From the IMG/VR virus record IMGVR_UViG_3300032323_003414, positions 1 to 58,208 of that record: 58,208 bases of DNA. The stretch is one strand, 5' to 3'. The position numbers and the translations under genes are program-made. Of the stretch, positions 8,412 through 19,300 are shown piece by piece. Positions within the stretch are counted from its first letter, which is position 1. The number at the start of each line of letters is the position of its first letter. Source of the DNA: a virus (Duplodnaviria > Caudoviricetes). A model generated the notes under the pieces. The model searched no databases. It saw only the letters and a list, made by a program, of their open reading frames with translations, and was not told the origin of the DNA.

Positions 8412-10103
8412 ATGGCCACACAAGCACAACTAAAACAGCAGATCCAGAGTTTTGATGCAGGTATAGCACAACTCAGGTCTCAACTTCAGCGGCCTAGTTT
8501 TAGACCGGGAGAAACCACGGCCATTGAACAAGCAATCCAGCAGTTAGAAAGATCTCGTGCGCAAGCTCAAACACAGTTGACCAGTTTAACCAGGGCCACC
8601 AATCCTCCCAATCCGCAAGTTCCCAGACCTCCTATTCCTCAGAGAGCTGATTCCAACGACGGTGTGAACACAGTGACCAACGATCCGCAAGCTGGCACAG
8701 GCACACCTGCGCCAATTATTCCACCACCTATTGTTGTTAGTCCACCAGCAGTTAATGATCCTCCAGATCCTGCTGCCGCTGATGCAGAAAGAAGAGAAGC
8801 TCAAGACGAAGATGGGGCAGGAAATCGAGTGGCTGTTGGACTCGATGGCCAGCCCAGCCCTGCTCCTAATCCCTATCCTGTAAATGTACAACAGGCACAG
8901 GCCTTGGCCAGTCCTCCGCAAAACGTAGCACCAGCACCCGTTGGCGGCAACTACGCGGCCGCTTACGATCCTGCAACAGGCAAGTGGGATGTAGTAAATC
9001 TTGCTGATGGGCAAATAGTTCAATCTGGACTCACTCAACAACAAGCCACACTTGATGCACAAAATCTTTCTGTGGGCGACCCTGCTTACGGCAACAAACC
9101 TCCAGCATTCACAGGAGTGGCCTATGACGAAGACGGTTTCTTGTTACCAGGCTATACCTTAAACGAAAATGGAGACCCTGTGTTTGTGGGTGGCGATTTT
9201 GTTGAACCTGCCACTCGTGCCAGTGCAGAAGCATCTCGAGAACAAGCCGCGCTGGCACAGGCTCGACAACAGGCATCAGTGTCAGCCTTGCGAAAAGCCG
9301 CAGGCAAAGCAGTGGGCGATGGTGACTGGCGTGTTCGATTAAGACTAGCTCCTAGTGCAGATTATCTTTATAAAACTCCTGGCATTGGTACAGCTGGTAT
9401 CATGGAGCCATTGCGCAACACAGATGGCGTGGTATTTCCGTATACTCCTCGCATAGACATGGCCTATACAGCAGAATACAATGCCTATGACCTGGTACAT
9501 TCCAACTATCGCGGATATTTCTACAAAGGTAGTAACCCGGGCGAAGTAACACTGAATGCCGACTTCACAGCTCAAGATTCCACAGAAGCTGACTATCTAT
9601 TGGCTACCATACACTTTTTAAGATCATGCACTAAAATGTTTTATGGACAAGACAAGAATCGCGGTACACCGCCACCATTGGTATTTCTCAGTGGCCTGGG
9701 AGATTTTCAATTCAACGAGCATCCTTGTGTGATAAAACAATTCAACTACAATCTACCCAGTGATGTAGATTATATTCGTGCTCGAGGCCGTCAATCAACT
9801 TCTGCCGGTGTCACTCAAGGTGGCAACGGTTTGATGTTCCGTAGAGCATTATCCAGCACTACCACTGCGTCATACAGTCTTAGTAATATATGGAGTCGAC
9901 TCACTGGAGCAAATTTACCACAAGGTGGCATGAACATTCCGCCGGCACCGCCCAATCTTGGCACTAATTCGCCGACTTATGTACCAACTAAAATTAGTAT
10001 AGCGTTGACCTTGCTACCAATGCCAACACGCAGTCAGGTCAGCCAGCAGTTTAGTTTAGAAAAATATGCCAATGGCAACTTGTTAAGAGGAGGGTTCTGG
10101 TAA
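8412..10103 (+). CDS. Baseplate/tail-tube initiator-like protein (gp48/gp54-like) with a long Pro/Gln/Ala-rich N-terminus
   Basis: C-terminal GVVFPYTP...PPPLVFLSG...PCVIKQFNYNLP tube-like domain; sits directly before gp53. Confidence 0.6.
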   Translation: MATQAQLKQQIQSFDAGIAQLRSQLQRPSFRPGETTAIEQAIQQLERSRAQAQTQLTSLTRATNPPNPQVPRPPIPQRADSNDGVNTVTNDPQAGTGTPAPIIPPPIVVSPPAVNDPPDPAAADAERREAQDEDGAGNRVAVGLDGQPSPAPNPYPVNVQQAQALASPPQNVAPAPVGGNYAAAYDPATGKWDVVNLADGQIVQSGLTQQQATLDAQNLSVGDPAYGNKPPAFTGVAYDEDGFLLPGYTLNENGDPVFVGGDFVEPATRASAEASREQAALAQARQQASVSALRKAAGKAVGDGDWRVRLRLAPSADYLYKTPGIGTAGIMEPLRNTDGVVFPYTPRIDMAYTAEYNAYDLVHSNYRGYFYKGSNPGEVTLNADFTAQDSTEADYLLATIHFLRSCTKMFYGQDKNRGTPPPLVFLSGLGDFQFNEHPCVIKQFNYNLPSDVDYIRARGRQSTSAGVTQGGNGLMFRRALSSTTTASYSLSNIWSRLTGANLPQGGMNIPPAPPNLGTNSPTYVPTKISIALTLLPMPTRSQVSQQFSLEKYANGNLLRGGFW

Positions 10104-10402
10104 TGGCTGTGTATGCTCCAACCAGTGCTTACTTTAGCACACCAAAAAACAATATCTATCTTGGATTTATGACCAATCGCCCCATACCCAAACAGGCCGA
10201 CGACATTTTTTTCAAGATCAATACTACCTACAATCTACGCCCTGACCTACTGGCCTATGACCTATATGGCGATGCTGGACTTTGGTGGGTGTTTGCTCAG
10301 CGAAACCCCAACACACTGACAGATCCTCTAGGTAGTTTTCGAGAAGGTGTAGAAATTTACATTCCCAAGATTGACACACTCAAAGCCGCCCTGGGATTCT
10401 AA
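10103..10402 (+). CDS. gp53: Baseplate wedge protein (gp53/LysM-like)
   Basis: RPDLLAYDLYGDAGLWWVFAQRNP motif; 99 aa. Confidence 0.8.
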   Translation: MAVYAPTSAYFSTPKNNIYLGFMTNRPIPKQADDIFFKINTTYNLRPDLLAYDLYGDAGLWWVFAQRNPNTLTDPLGSFREGVEIYIPKIDTLKAALGF

Positions 10403-10405
10403 CAC

Positions 10406-13400
10406 ATGGCACAGACATTTGTACTAAGTCAGCGACAGGCAGAAGGCTACCTCAATCAGGCTCAAAAACAACTAGACACCGCAGAAAATCTCAACGGTCA
10501 ACTGGCAGCATCTGTGGCTGTGCAAAACGTACCTAGAGCAGAAAGTCTTTATGGGCAGGTCAATACTTTTCTAGGTCTGGCACAAACCAACAACAGCAAA
10601 GCCGGCACTGAAATTTCAGCCATGGCCACACAGGCCACAGTGGAACCAGAACGACAACTGGTACAGGCATACACCACTGTGCAAAAAAACATACAAGATG
10701 GTATAAATTCTGTACGTAGATCCTCGCAAAATTTGTTAACACGGCTAAATGAAACACGCTACAACCAAGCCAACAATGTGCCAATACCACCAGGGGATTC
10801 CTCAGGTGAAGAAGTCATTGCGGCTAGACAGGCTCGTTTAGAAGATGCAGTGGTGTCAAATCCGCCACCACCTTTGATTGTCAATGATGATGAAGGAAAC
10901 CCACTACCTGACCCCAATGTAGTTTCGGCACAAACTAATGTACAAAGACCGCCGTTGGAAAACAATGAAGACCTGGGTGCCAATGACGGCGCATCATCGA
11001 TTGTAGGTGGTAATAGAAATGTTAGAAATTTAATAGCCACACAAAACAACGGTGTTTATGCGCCCAATGATGATAACATAGTACAAGCTTCATCTGTGAT
11101 AACGTCGGGGTCAACTTCCGATGGAAGGCCCCAAATTGCTCCAGAGTTTTTGGCACCAATCATTGCTCAGCCCAATCCTTTGGCCAAGTTGGCGTCAATG
11201 ACCTACACCATCAGCATCTATATCATGAACATAGAAGAATATCAACGCTTGTTGGTCAGCCAGAAAAAAGTATTACCCACACAGCAGTTGATTATACAAA
11301 GTGGAGGCATCGATCAAGGGCTAGGGTTTGGAACAGGTCAACGAAACAAATTTTTTGACGTAGATTTTTATCTTGACAATCTAGTGATTGAAAGCGCAGT
11401 AGGAACACAGGCTGGCACCAGAGCGCACAATGCAACAGATTTAAAATTCACTGTGGTTGAGCCCACAGGAATAACATTTATTGACCGATTGAGAAAAGCA
11501 GTCAGACAACATCAGTCCGACAAAGGCTCCACAGTGAGTGAAGGCAATCAGAATTTTCTCATGATAGTGAGATTCTATGGGTATGATGCGCAAGGCAAAA
11601 TGGTAAATGGCAGCCAACTTGGTATCACAGAAGTTGGCAGCGACAGCAACACAATATTGGAAAAATGGTTCCCTTTTCAAATAGCAGATATCAGATATAA
11701 AATATCAGCCAAAACCGTGGAGTACCAAATTGCAGCCACCGTACCACAAACCAACATTGCATTCAGTGATGCTACAGCTACTATTCCTTTTGATTTTGAA
11801 TTGTCAGCGCCTGATGTTAAAACTCTGCTGAATGGTCGCGCTGTGCTAGGATCGTCGAGCATCAACGGAGCAGATGCACTGGGCAATAGTATAGGCATTC
11901 CAGTGTATGCCGAAGATGGATCAGCATCTAACTTGAGGCGTAACCCCGAAACTGGTGAACTCTACGATCCAGGAACCAATGCCAGCGCACCGCCCAAGGC
12001 GTCGTCGTTGAGCAATGCTAAACTGTATACTCAAGGACTGTGCGAAGCTCTTAACCAACATCAACTTGATTTGGTCAGCAAAGGACAACAAGAAGTTGCT
12101 GATCAGTATGAGATTATTTTAGAAAATGTTCCAGGGTTGGCAGACGCTAAAATGGCTAGACCGGGCAAACAAGACAAACTGCGTTCTACCATGCCGGTGG
12201 CTACCACTGCCGCTGAAGCCTTGTTGCCGGGCAAAACACGTTATGACAATCAAAGTAAAAACTGGTCAGTCACACGAGGCACACAGATAGTTCAGTTGAT
12301 TGATTTGGTCATGCGCAATAGCAGTTATATCACTAGCCAACAAAACATTGTGTTTGACGAAGTAACTTTGAAACCTCGACCACAAACACCGGTGGCCACA
12401 GTGCAATGGTACAGAATTCGTAGCAGAGTGACTCCATTGAAATACGACAACATACGAAGAACCATTGCGTATAAAATTACCTATACTGTGAGCAGGTATC
12501 AAATCAATGATCCTCGTGTGCCAGTGTTTCCTCGAGCTCGATATCGTGGAGCACACAAAATTTATAATTATTGGTTCACAGGACAAAACAGCGAAGTGTT
12601 GGACCTAGATATCACAGTGAACTACAACTATACACTGTCATTTGGCAACAGCCAGGGCGGGTCCAGTTTAAATGATTTAACAGCTGATGGTCGACTGTAT
12701 GAAAAAAGATATTTTCAAAACAAGCCCAATTCAGAAGGCACCGGAGGGCAGGGTGATACCACAACTCCTGCGGCACAATTATCTGAAAGACTGTACAGTG
12801 ATTCTGACATAGAAAAAGCTCAGCTGACCATTGTGGGTGATCCAGACTGGCTGGTACAAAGCGATATATTTTATAATCGCGGTATAGACCTCAAACCATT
12901 CATGCCCGACGGATCAGTGAACACAGACGCCAGTGAAACTTTGTATGAAATTAGAGTTAACCCTGTGGCAGACTATAACATCACCAATGGCCTAGCCGAA
13001 GTTAATGCTAAAAATCAATCTTACAGTCAGGCCACTGGCGAAAACAATCTAGCGTCAGTGAGTACTGTTTTTACAGCACTGAAAGTGCAGAGTACGTTTA
13101 GACAAGGTAGATTTACACAAAAATTAGAAGGTGCTGTGAGACGATTTGATCCAAGAAACGCAGACCAAACAGCACAGGACATAGCTCGACAGTCAGGCGC
13201 TCAAGTTATAGCATCCAGAGCTGATCAAATAATAGCAGTCGATGTAGCAAGAGCACCAGAAAACGAAATTGATGCTATAAGAGAACAATTTCGCACAGCC
13301 ACCCCGGCAGCACCATTATATAATAGTACTAGAAGTAGCGTTGATAGTGGCAGAAGAGGAACAGCAGTGGCCAGCCAGGTTAGAGGCAACAATGGGCAGG

Positions 13401-13447
13401 CCCCTGGAGATGATGCGGCCCAGATTAGCGATATTATAGCACCATAA
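10406..13447 (+). CDS. Putative baseplate hub protein
   Basis: Position between gp53 and gp5; C-terminal LTIVGDP...F...GRFTQKL hub-like segment. Confidence 0.5.
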   Translation: MAQTFVLSQRQAEGYLNQAQKQLDTAENLNGQLAASVAVQNVPRAESLYGQVNTFLGLAQTNNSKAGTEISAMATQATVEPERQLVQAYTTVQKNIQDGINSVRRSSQNLLTRLNETRYNQANNVPIPPGDSSGEEVIAARQARLEDAVVSNPPPPLIVNDDEGNPLPDPNVVSAQTNVQRPPLENNEDLGANDGASSIVGGNRNVRNLIATQNNGVYAPNDDNIVQASSVITSGSTSDGRPQIAPEFLAPIIAQPNPLAKLASMTYTISIYIMNIEEYQRLLVSQKKVLPTQQLIIQSGGIDQGLGFGTGQRNKFFDVDFYLDNLVIESAVGTQAGTRAHNATDLKFTVVEPTGITFIDRLRKAVRQHQSDKGSTVSEGNQNFLMIVRFYGYDAQGKMVNGSQLGITEVGSDSNTILEKWFPFQIADIRYKISAKTVEYQIAATVPQTNIAFSDATATIPFDFELSAPDVKTLLNGRAVLGSSSINGADALGNSIGIPVYAEDGSASNLRRNPETGELYDPGTNASAPPKASSLSNAKLYTQGLCEALNQHQLDLVSKGQQEVADQYEIILENVPGLADAKMARPGKQDKLRSTMPVATTAAEALLPGKTRYDNQSKNWSVTRGTQIVQLIDLVMRNSSYITSQQNIVFDEVTLKPRPQTPVATVQWYRIRSRVTPLKYDNIRRTIAYKITYTVSRYQINDPRVPVFPRARYRGAHKIYNYWFTGQNSEVLDLDITVNYNYTLSFGNSQGGSSLNDLTADGRLYEKRYFQNKPNSEGTGGQGDTTTPAAQLSERLYSDSDIEKAQLTIVGDPDWLVQSDIFYNRGIDLKPFMPDGSVNTDASETLYEIRVNPVADYNITNGLAEVNAKNQSYSQATGENNLASVSTVFTALKVQSTFRQGRFTQKLEGAVRRFDPRNADQTAQDIARQSGAQVIASRADQIIAVDVARAPENEIDAIREQFRTATPAAPLYNSTRSSVDSGRRGTAVASQVRGNNGQAPGDDAAQISDIIAP

Positions 13448-13457
13448 GAGGACATAG

Positions 13458-15890
13458 ATGGCAGAGAATATGCAACGAAGCTCGGGCGTACCCGGTGCTT
13501 ATAAACTAGATCGAGGCAATGCACCCACACAGGTGGGCATGTACATTGGCGAAGTACGTCAGGTTGTTGACAACACTCGAAGCGGTCGTGTCAAAGTATG
13601 GATCGAAGACTTTGCTGGCCCAGATAAAAATAATCCAGATCTTTGGAGAACAGTGGCGCCGGTAAGTCCGTTTTATGGGGCAACTAACCCGCCAACAGAT
13701 CAGCAAACTGGCGAAGGTAACTATGTTTTAAACAAACAAAGTTATGGTATGTGGTTTACTCCTCCTGACATTGGCACAACTTTGGTTTGTTTCTTTGCGT
13801 CAGGCGACTCAAACTATGGCTACTATCTTGGTGCAGTGATTGATCCAGGTGTGACGCACATGCTGCCTGCCATTGGAGCCACACGTAATTTTAAATTAGA
13901 TAACAGTGCTCAAGCACCGTACTTTGAAGGCGCACCTCAGTTGCCAGTGGTTGAATTAAACATCAACAATAAAACATTGGACGAGAACCCTAGATTTTTT
14001 GACAGCAAAAAACCTGTGCATTCTGTAGTAGCCGCAGTGTTATTACAGCAAGGATTGATCAAAGATCCTGTGCGTGGTCCCATTGGTTCCAATGCCCAAC
14101 GTGAAAGCCCCAGCGCAGCCTATGGTATTTCAACTCCAGGTAGACCAATCTATCAAGGTGGTATGAGCGACCAGGATGTCAAACAAAGAGTTGAAGCAGG
14201 CGCAATACAGCCACAAGATGCCGCAGTGATAGCACGTCGCGGCGGGCATAGTTTTGTCATGGACGACGGTGATCTTGTAGGTGCTGACCAGCTAGTTCGT
14301 CTACGCACAGCCAAAGGTCATCAGATTACTATGAGTGATTCAGGTGATTGTTTTTACATCATACATGCCAACGGACAAACTTGGATGGAATTTGGCAGTC
14401 AAGGCACGGTAGATGTGTATTCAACCAACTCTATCAATCTACGTAGCAATGGGGATATCAATATACATGCAGATCGTAATATCAACATGAATGCCAAAGG
14501 TTCAGTGAACATTCGTGGAGAACGAACAGTGGCCATTGAAGCAGATCTGACGCAGATCAGTGCATCCAAGGCCATGCTACTGTACAGTGACAGCTACGTA
14601 GGTATAAAGAGCGACGGCACTTTGAGTCTCAAAGCCAGCAAAAGTGGCACATTTAACGGTGGCAATCAAATGTCACTGTCGGCAGGATGTATTGCACTCA
14701 ACAGTGGCGATGCGCCCGACGTTGCCAAGCCTAGCAGTATATTGAAACAAAGTTTACCAGATGTTAAGTTTGAACAAAATCGTGGCTGGGTAGTACAAGG
14801 TGGAGCCTTGCAGTCCATTGTCACGCGAGCACCCACACACGAACCTTACCCATTCCATGGTAGAGGAATATCGGCCACATCAGCTTTACAGACTGCAGAA
14901 GTAAGCACAGCAGTGTCTGGGGAAATTGATCAAAAATATGCCGAGATTCAAGATACTGAGTTTACTCCAATTGAAGCGGAACAATACGAAACACAGGATC
15001 CAGCCACAGTAAGCGTGGGATCTATTGAACCTGAACAGGTCACTGGCATGCTGGCACAGGTCAAGCTGGAGTCTGGTCAAGATTCAAATGTTGTCAGCGA
15101 CGAAGGTGTAGGAGCTTACAAACTCACACCTAAACAATTAGAAGATGCAGGATACCTAAAACCAGGCACAGTTGAGTTTTACCTTACAGATGGCACAGCC
15201 ACACCCACAGAGATTTTAACAAGTCCCAGTGTGTGGACTGGACAAGCAGGTGTTACCAACGTCAATGTATTGTTGACAGACCCTAAACTGCAAGCCGCTG
15301 TGCAGACAGATCTATATCAAAGTTCATTACAGCAATTGAGATCTGCAGGCATAGTCACTGGCAATGAGGAACCTGCTAAATTGGCAGGACTGGTACAGGC
15401 CGGATCCAAATATGGTCCTACTGTGGTAAAATCCTGGGTGCAAGGCACACTGGACAATACTACAACAGTGACCAATGTTAACCAGCTGGTACGTGGTGCG
15501 CAGTATGCAGTGGAACTTAGCAATCAAAAAATCAGTGATGCACTCAAAGGTTTTAGCACAGTGCAACCAGGGTCTACTGTTACAACTGATCGAGGAGCCG
15601 TCGACGATGCAGTACGAGCAGTAATCGGCAACGACAAAGTAACTACTCCAAACTACAGTGGATTTGTCAACACCAACACAGAAGTTTCCAACACAGCGTT
15701 ATTGGAAGCTCAACTATCTCAGGTAAATGCAGAAATAGCCAGTGTAGAATCGCAAATTGCATCCCTAAATTCTGCTACTCAGAGTCGATCATCGGGTGCA
15801 ACAACCAATCAAAACCGTGTTAGATTGTTTGCTAAACTTGAAGAGCTTAGAGCTCAACAAGCAGATCTAAGAAATCAACTTTTCATTTAA
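13458..15890 (+). CDS. gp5: Baseplate central spike (gp5/VgrG-like) with a possible lysozyme-like C-terminal domain
   Basis: N-terminal OB fold (D...GRVKVWI, GMWFTPPDIG), GHSFVMDD/GHQITMSD and beta-helix repeats, GAYKLTPKQLEDAGY segment. Confidence 0.75.
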   Translation: MAENMQRSSGVPGAYKLDRGNAPTQVGMYIGEVRQVVDNTRSGRVKVWIEDFAGPDKNNPDLWRTVAPVSPFYGATNPPTDQQTGEGNYVLNKQSYGMWFTPPDIGTTLVCFFASGDSNYGYYLGAVIDPGVTHMLPAIGATRNFKLDNSAQAPYFEGAPQLPVVELNINNKTLDENPRFFDSKKPVHSVVAAVLLQQGLIKDPVRGPIGSNAQRESPSAAYGISTPGRPIYQGGMSDQDVKQRVEAGAIQPQDAAVIARRGGHSFVMDDGDLVGADQLVRLRTAKGHQITMSDSGDCFYIIHANGQTWMEFGSQGTVDVYSTNSINLRSNGDINIHADRNINMNAKGSVNIRGERTVAIEADLTQISASKAMLLYSDSYVGIKSDGTLSLKASKSGTFNGGNQMSLSAGCIALNSGDAPDVAKPSSILKQSLPDVKFEQNRGWVVQGGALQSIVTRAPTHEPYPFHGRGISATSALQTAEVSTAVSGEIDQKYAEIQDTEFTPIEAEQYETQDPATVSVGSIEPEQVTGMLAQVKLESGQDSNVVSDEGVGAYKLTPKQLEDAGYLKPGTVEFYLTDGTATPTEILTSPSVWTGQAGVTNVNVLLTDPKLQAAVQTDLYQSSLQQLRSAGIVTGNEEPAKLAGLVQAGSKYGPTVVKSWVQGTLDNTTTVTNVNQLVRGAQYAVELSNQKISDALKGFSTVQPGSTVTTDRGAVDDAVRAVIGNDKVTTPNYSGFVNTNTEVSNTALLEAQLSQVNAEIASVESQIASLNSATQSRSSGATTNQNRVRLFAKLEELRAQQADLRNQLFI

Positions 15891-15900
15891 ATACATTACT

Positions 15901-16271
15901 ATGCCTACATTTATTGGATTTAACACTATTAACCAGTACAAGAAATTTACTCTTGTGGATTTTGAGCTGATCAAACGTGATCTCTTGAACTACTTTAACA
16001 TACGACAAGGTAAGTGGGCCGACCTGACGTGGGCACCACAATGTGGAATTTGATATTTGAGCCTCAAACAGAACAGACTGCCAGTTTAATCATAGAAGAA
16101 ATGCAAAGAATAGTAGGACAAGATCCTAGAATATATCTTACCACGGCTGATGCTTACCCGCAGATCAATGGTATCCTGGTTGAACTAGAAATACAAACAG
16201 TGCAAGGCACCAACGCTGAAAGACTGGCAGTGTTTTTTGACCAACAAACACGCACAGCCAGCTACATCTAA
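15901..16271 (+). pseudogene. gp25: Baseplate wedge gp25 split by a frameshift near 16011-16013
   Basis: ATG at 15901 gives MPTFIGF...IKRDLLNYFNIRQG, then stops at 16053. VGRPDVGTTMWNLIFEP...DPRI continues in another frame to 16271. Confidence 0.75.
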
Positions 16272-16301
16272 AACTGAGCCGTTAATCTAAACCATAAATA
16301 C
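16272..16301 (+). promoter_or_regulatory. Putative late promoter
   Basis: AACTGAGCCGTT-11 nt-TAAATAC, same spacing as the site at 8367-8396. Confidence 0.55.
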
Positions 16302-16316
16302 TTCACGGAAGGTATT

Positions 16317-19300
16317 ATGGCCAAAACTACAAGACAAACAGCGATATTCGGAGTAGAGGACTGGAAAAGAATCTACCAAACTTACCGCGAAGCTGACTTT
16401 CAAAGTTACGATTTTGAAACGCTACGCAAGAGTTTCATAGACTACATCAGACTGTACTATCCAGAAAACTTCAACGACTACATTGAGTCCAGCGAGTTCG
16501 TGGCCTTGCTTGATGTCATGGCATTCATGGGACAGTCTCTGTCATTCCGCAATGACCTAAACATACGTGAAAATTTCTTAGACACAGCAGAACGTAGAGA
16601 TTCTGTTGTGCAACTGGCCAACTTGGTTAGCTACACCCCTAAACGCAACCAAGAAGCACAGGGGTACCTTAAAGTATTCAACATATCAACCACAGAGAAT
16701 GTGATAGACTTCAACGGTCAAAATCTCAGCGGAGTCACAGTAAACTGGAATGACGTGACCAATGTCAACTGGCAAGAACAATTCACGGTTATACTCAACG
16801 CTGCCTTGGTTGACAGTCAACGCTTTGGAAAACCAGGTGCCACTAAAAACATCCTAGGCATAGAAACACAAGAGTACAGCCTCAATTTAGTGCCTGGCTA
16901 TTTGCCAGTGGTACCGTTTACATCAACCATTGATGGCACATCAATGACCTTTGAAGCAGTGAGCTCAACCTTCCAGGACGAGGACTATGTATATGAACCA
17001 GCACCTAAACCTTCAGGCATATTCAATGTGTTGTTCCGCACTGATCAATTAGGGTTTGGCAGTCCCAACACAGGATTCTTCTTTTATTTCAAACAAGGTA
17101 CACTGCAAAATCAAGATTTCAATCTTGGCGAGCGTATCAGTAATCGAGTTGTAGCAATCAACATTGACGGCATCAACAATGAAGACGTTTGGTTGTATCA
17201 ACTTGACGACGTGGGCAACGTTCAAGCCGAATGGATCAAAGTTCCTAGCCTATACTCAGCCGCAGTTGAACAGTTAGCCCCTGATGCTCGTAAATTTTTT
17301 GCTGTTACCAGCAGAACTAACGATCAAATTAACTTGAACTTTGGCGATGGTGTGTTCACAGAAATACCCGTAGGCACATTCCGTTCTTATGTACGTGCTT
17401 CCAATGGACTGCAATACATCATTAACCCTGAAGAGATGCAGGCCATACAGATCAGTATTGGTTATGTAAGTCGCACAGGACGTCTTGAAACAGTTACATT
17501 TACTTGTGGCCTCAGCCAGCCTGTGTCTAATGCGTCATCTAGAGAAAGCCTGGCCGACATCAAGAGTCGCGCTCCTGCTAGGTACTATACACAAAACCGT
17601 ATGGTCAACGGTGAAGACTACAACAACTTCCCGTACACTTTGTTTGGTACAATCATCAAGTCAAAAGCAGTGAACCGCAGTTCTATTGGAACCAGTCGTT
17701 ATCTTGATTTAGTTGACATCACAGGCAAATATTCATCAACTAATATTTTTGCCAGCGACGGACTAGTTTGGGAAAATACCGCAAGCCCAAGTTTTACTTT
17801 TACATTTGTTGATAAAAACGACATATCCAATGTCATTGTCAACGCAGTGGAACCTGTGCTGTCCAGCAGGGGAATGTTGGAATTTTACTATCAAAATTTC
17901 CTTCGTCCTGATCTACTCACCCTTGGAATTAGATGGCAACAAAGTACCACTGCGCTCAATGAGACCACAGGTTATTTTGAATTTATATCGTCGGGAGCAC
18001 CTGCACCCATTGGTCCGCAATCCAGTGACAACAAACAATACATGGCGCAAGGGTCGTTGATTAAATTTGTAGCTCCCACTGGTTACTACTTTGACGAAAA
18101 CAACAGACTCAAACTGGGTCTTCCTACCCTGCCCAATGACAAGCTAGTGTTATGGGCCACAGTGAGTGCATTGATTTTAGATGGTACCAACTTTGGTACA
18201 GGCAATTTGCCCGATGGTCAAGGGCCGGTTATATTGAACAATTTTATACCAACTGGTGCTATACCCACACAGGTAATACCTAAATTTATCACAGACTTGC
18301 CAGTCACACTAGAGCAGTCAATGATTGATCAGATTGAACTCTACAGAAATTTTGGACTAGGGTTTGACAACCTCACAGGCGAATGGTATTTGATAACCAG
18401 TCAAAATTTAAATCCAGCAACCACATTTAGCTTGGCCAATGCACAAGATCAATCTGGGCAAGGCCTTGATAATTCTTGGTTAGTGGCCTTTGAAACTGAC
18501 GGAGTTACCTACACAGTTAGCTCTCGCGCACTGCAGAGATTCTGGGGCAGTATTTTGCAAACTCGCTTTTTCTATGATGGCTCGCAGGCAGTGTATGATC
18601 CTCGCACAGGATCAGTAATCAATGATTTTATCAATTGCCTTAAAACCAACAATCGCCCAGACGTGTCTCTTCCATTGAACAGCGACATTATTATGGACAT
18701 CATTGGTCAGCCTATACAAGCAGACGGTTATATTGATGATTTCCAAGTACAGATCAGTTTCAAAGATTCTGACAACGATGGAGTAGCTGACGATCCAGAT
18801 TATTTTGAAACTTTAGTGGCACCTGAGGTAAACCCTACCACCAAATATGTTTTCTTTGAGCGCACAGTAGATTTTGACAATCTTGAACGTTATCTGCCTT
18901 TGTCCAAAGGCAAGGTAGTCAGCGAATATGCCACTCTAGATCAAATTGAGCTGGCCAAAGCAGAATACTCTGACGGTCAATATTTTTACGCCTACAACGA
19001 CTTGGTATTTTACGAACTTGACATAGCTTTCAACGGTGTAAGAACTTTGAAAGAATTGTCAGGACTTATAGCAAGAGTTGGCCGCCAGGATTTGTATTTC
19101 CAATACAGACACAATGCTCCATTGAGTCGACGCATTGATCCAGGTTCTTCAAATATTATTGATATCTATCTAGTGACCACAGCTTACTACAATGCTTATC
19201 AAAACTACATCAAAGACTCAACAGGCACAGTGCCTGAACCAAGCCCGCCTACCATTGACGAACTAGGAACAGCATACAATAGTTTACAACGATATAAAAT

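Noticed and set aside
16008-16016. AG/GTAAGT eukaryotic splice-donor-like sequence at the gp25 break
   Set aside because: This is a bacteriophage context and there is no intervening sequence to remove; coincidence
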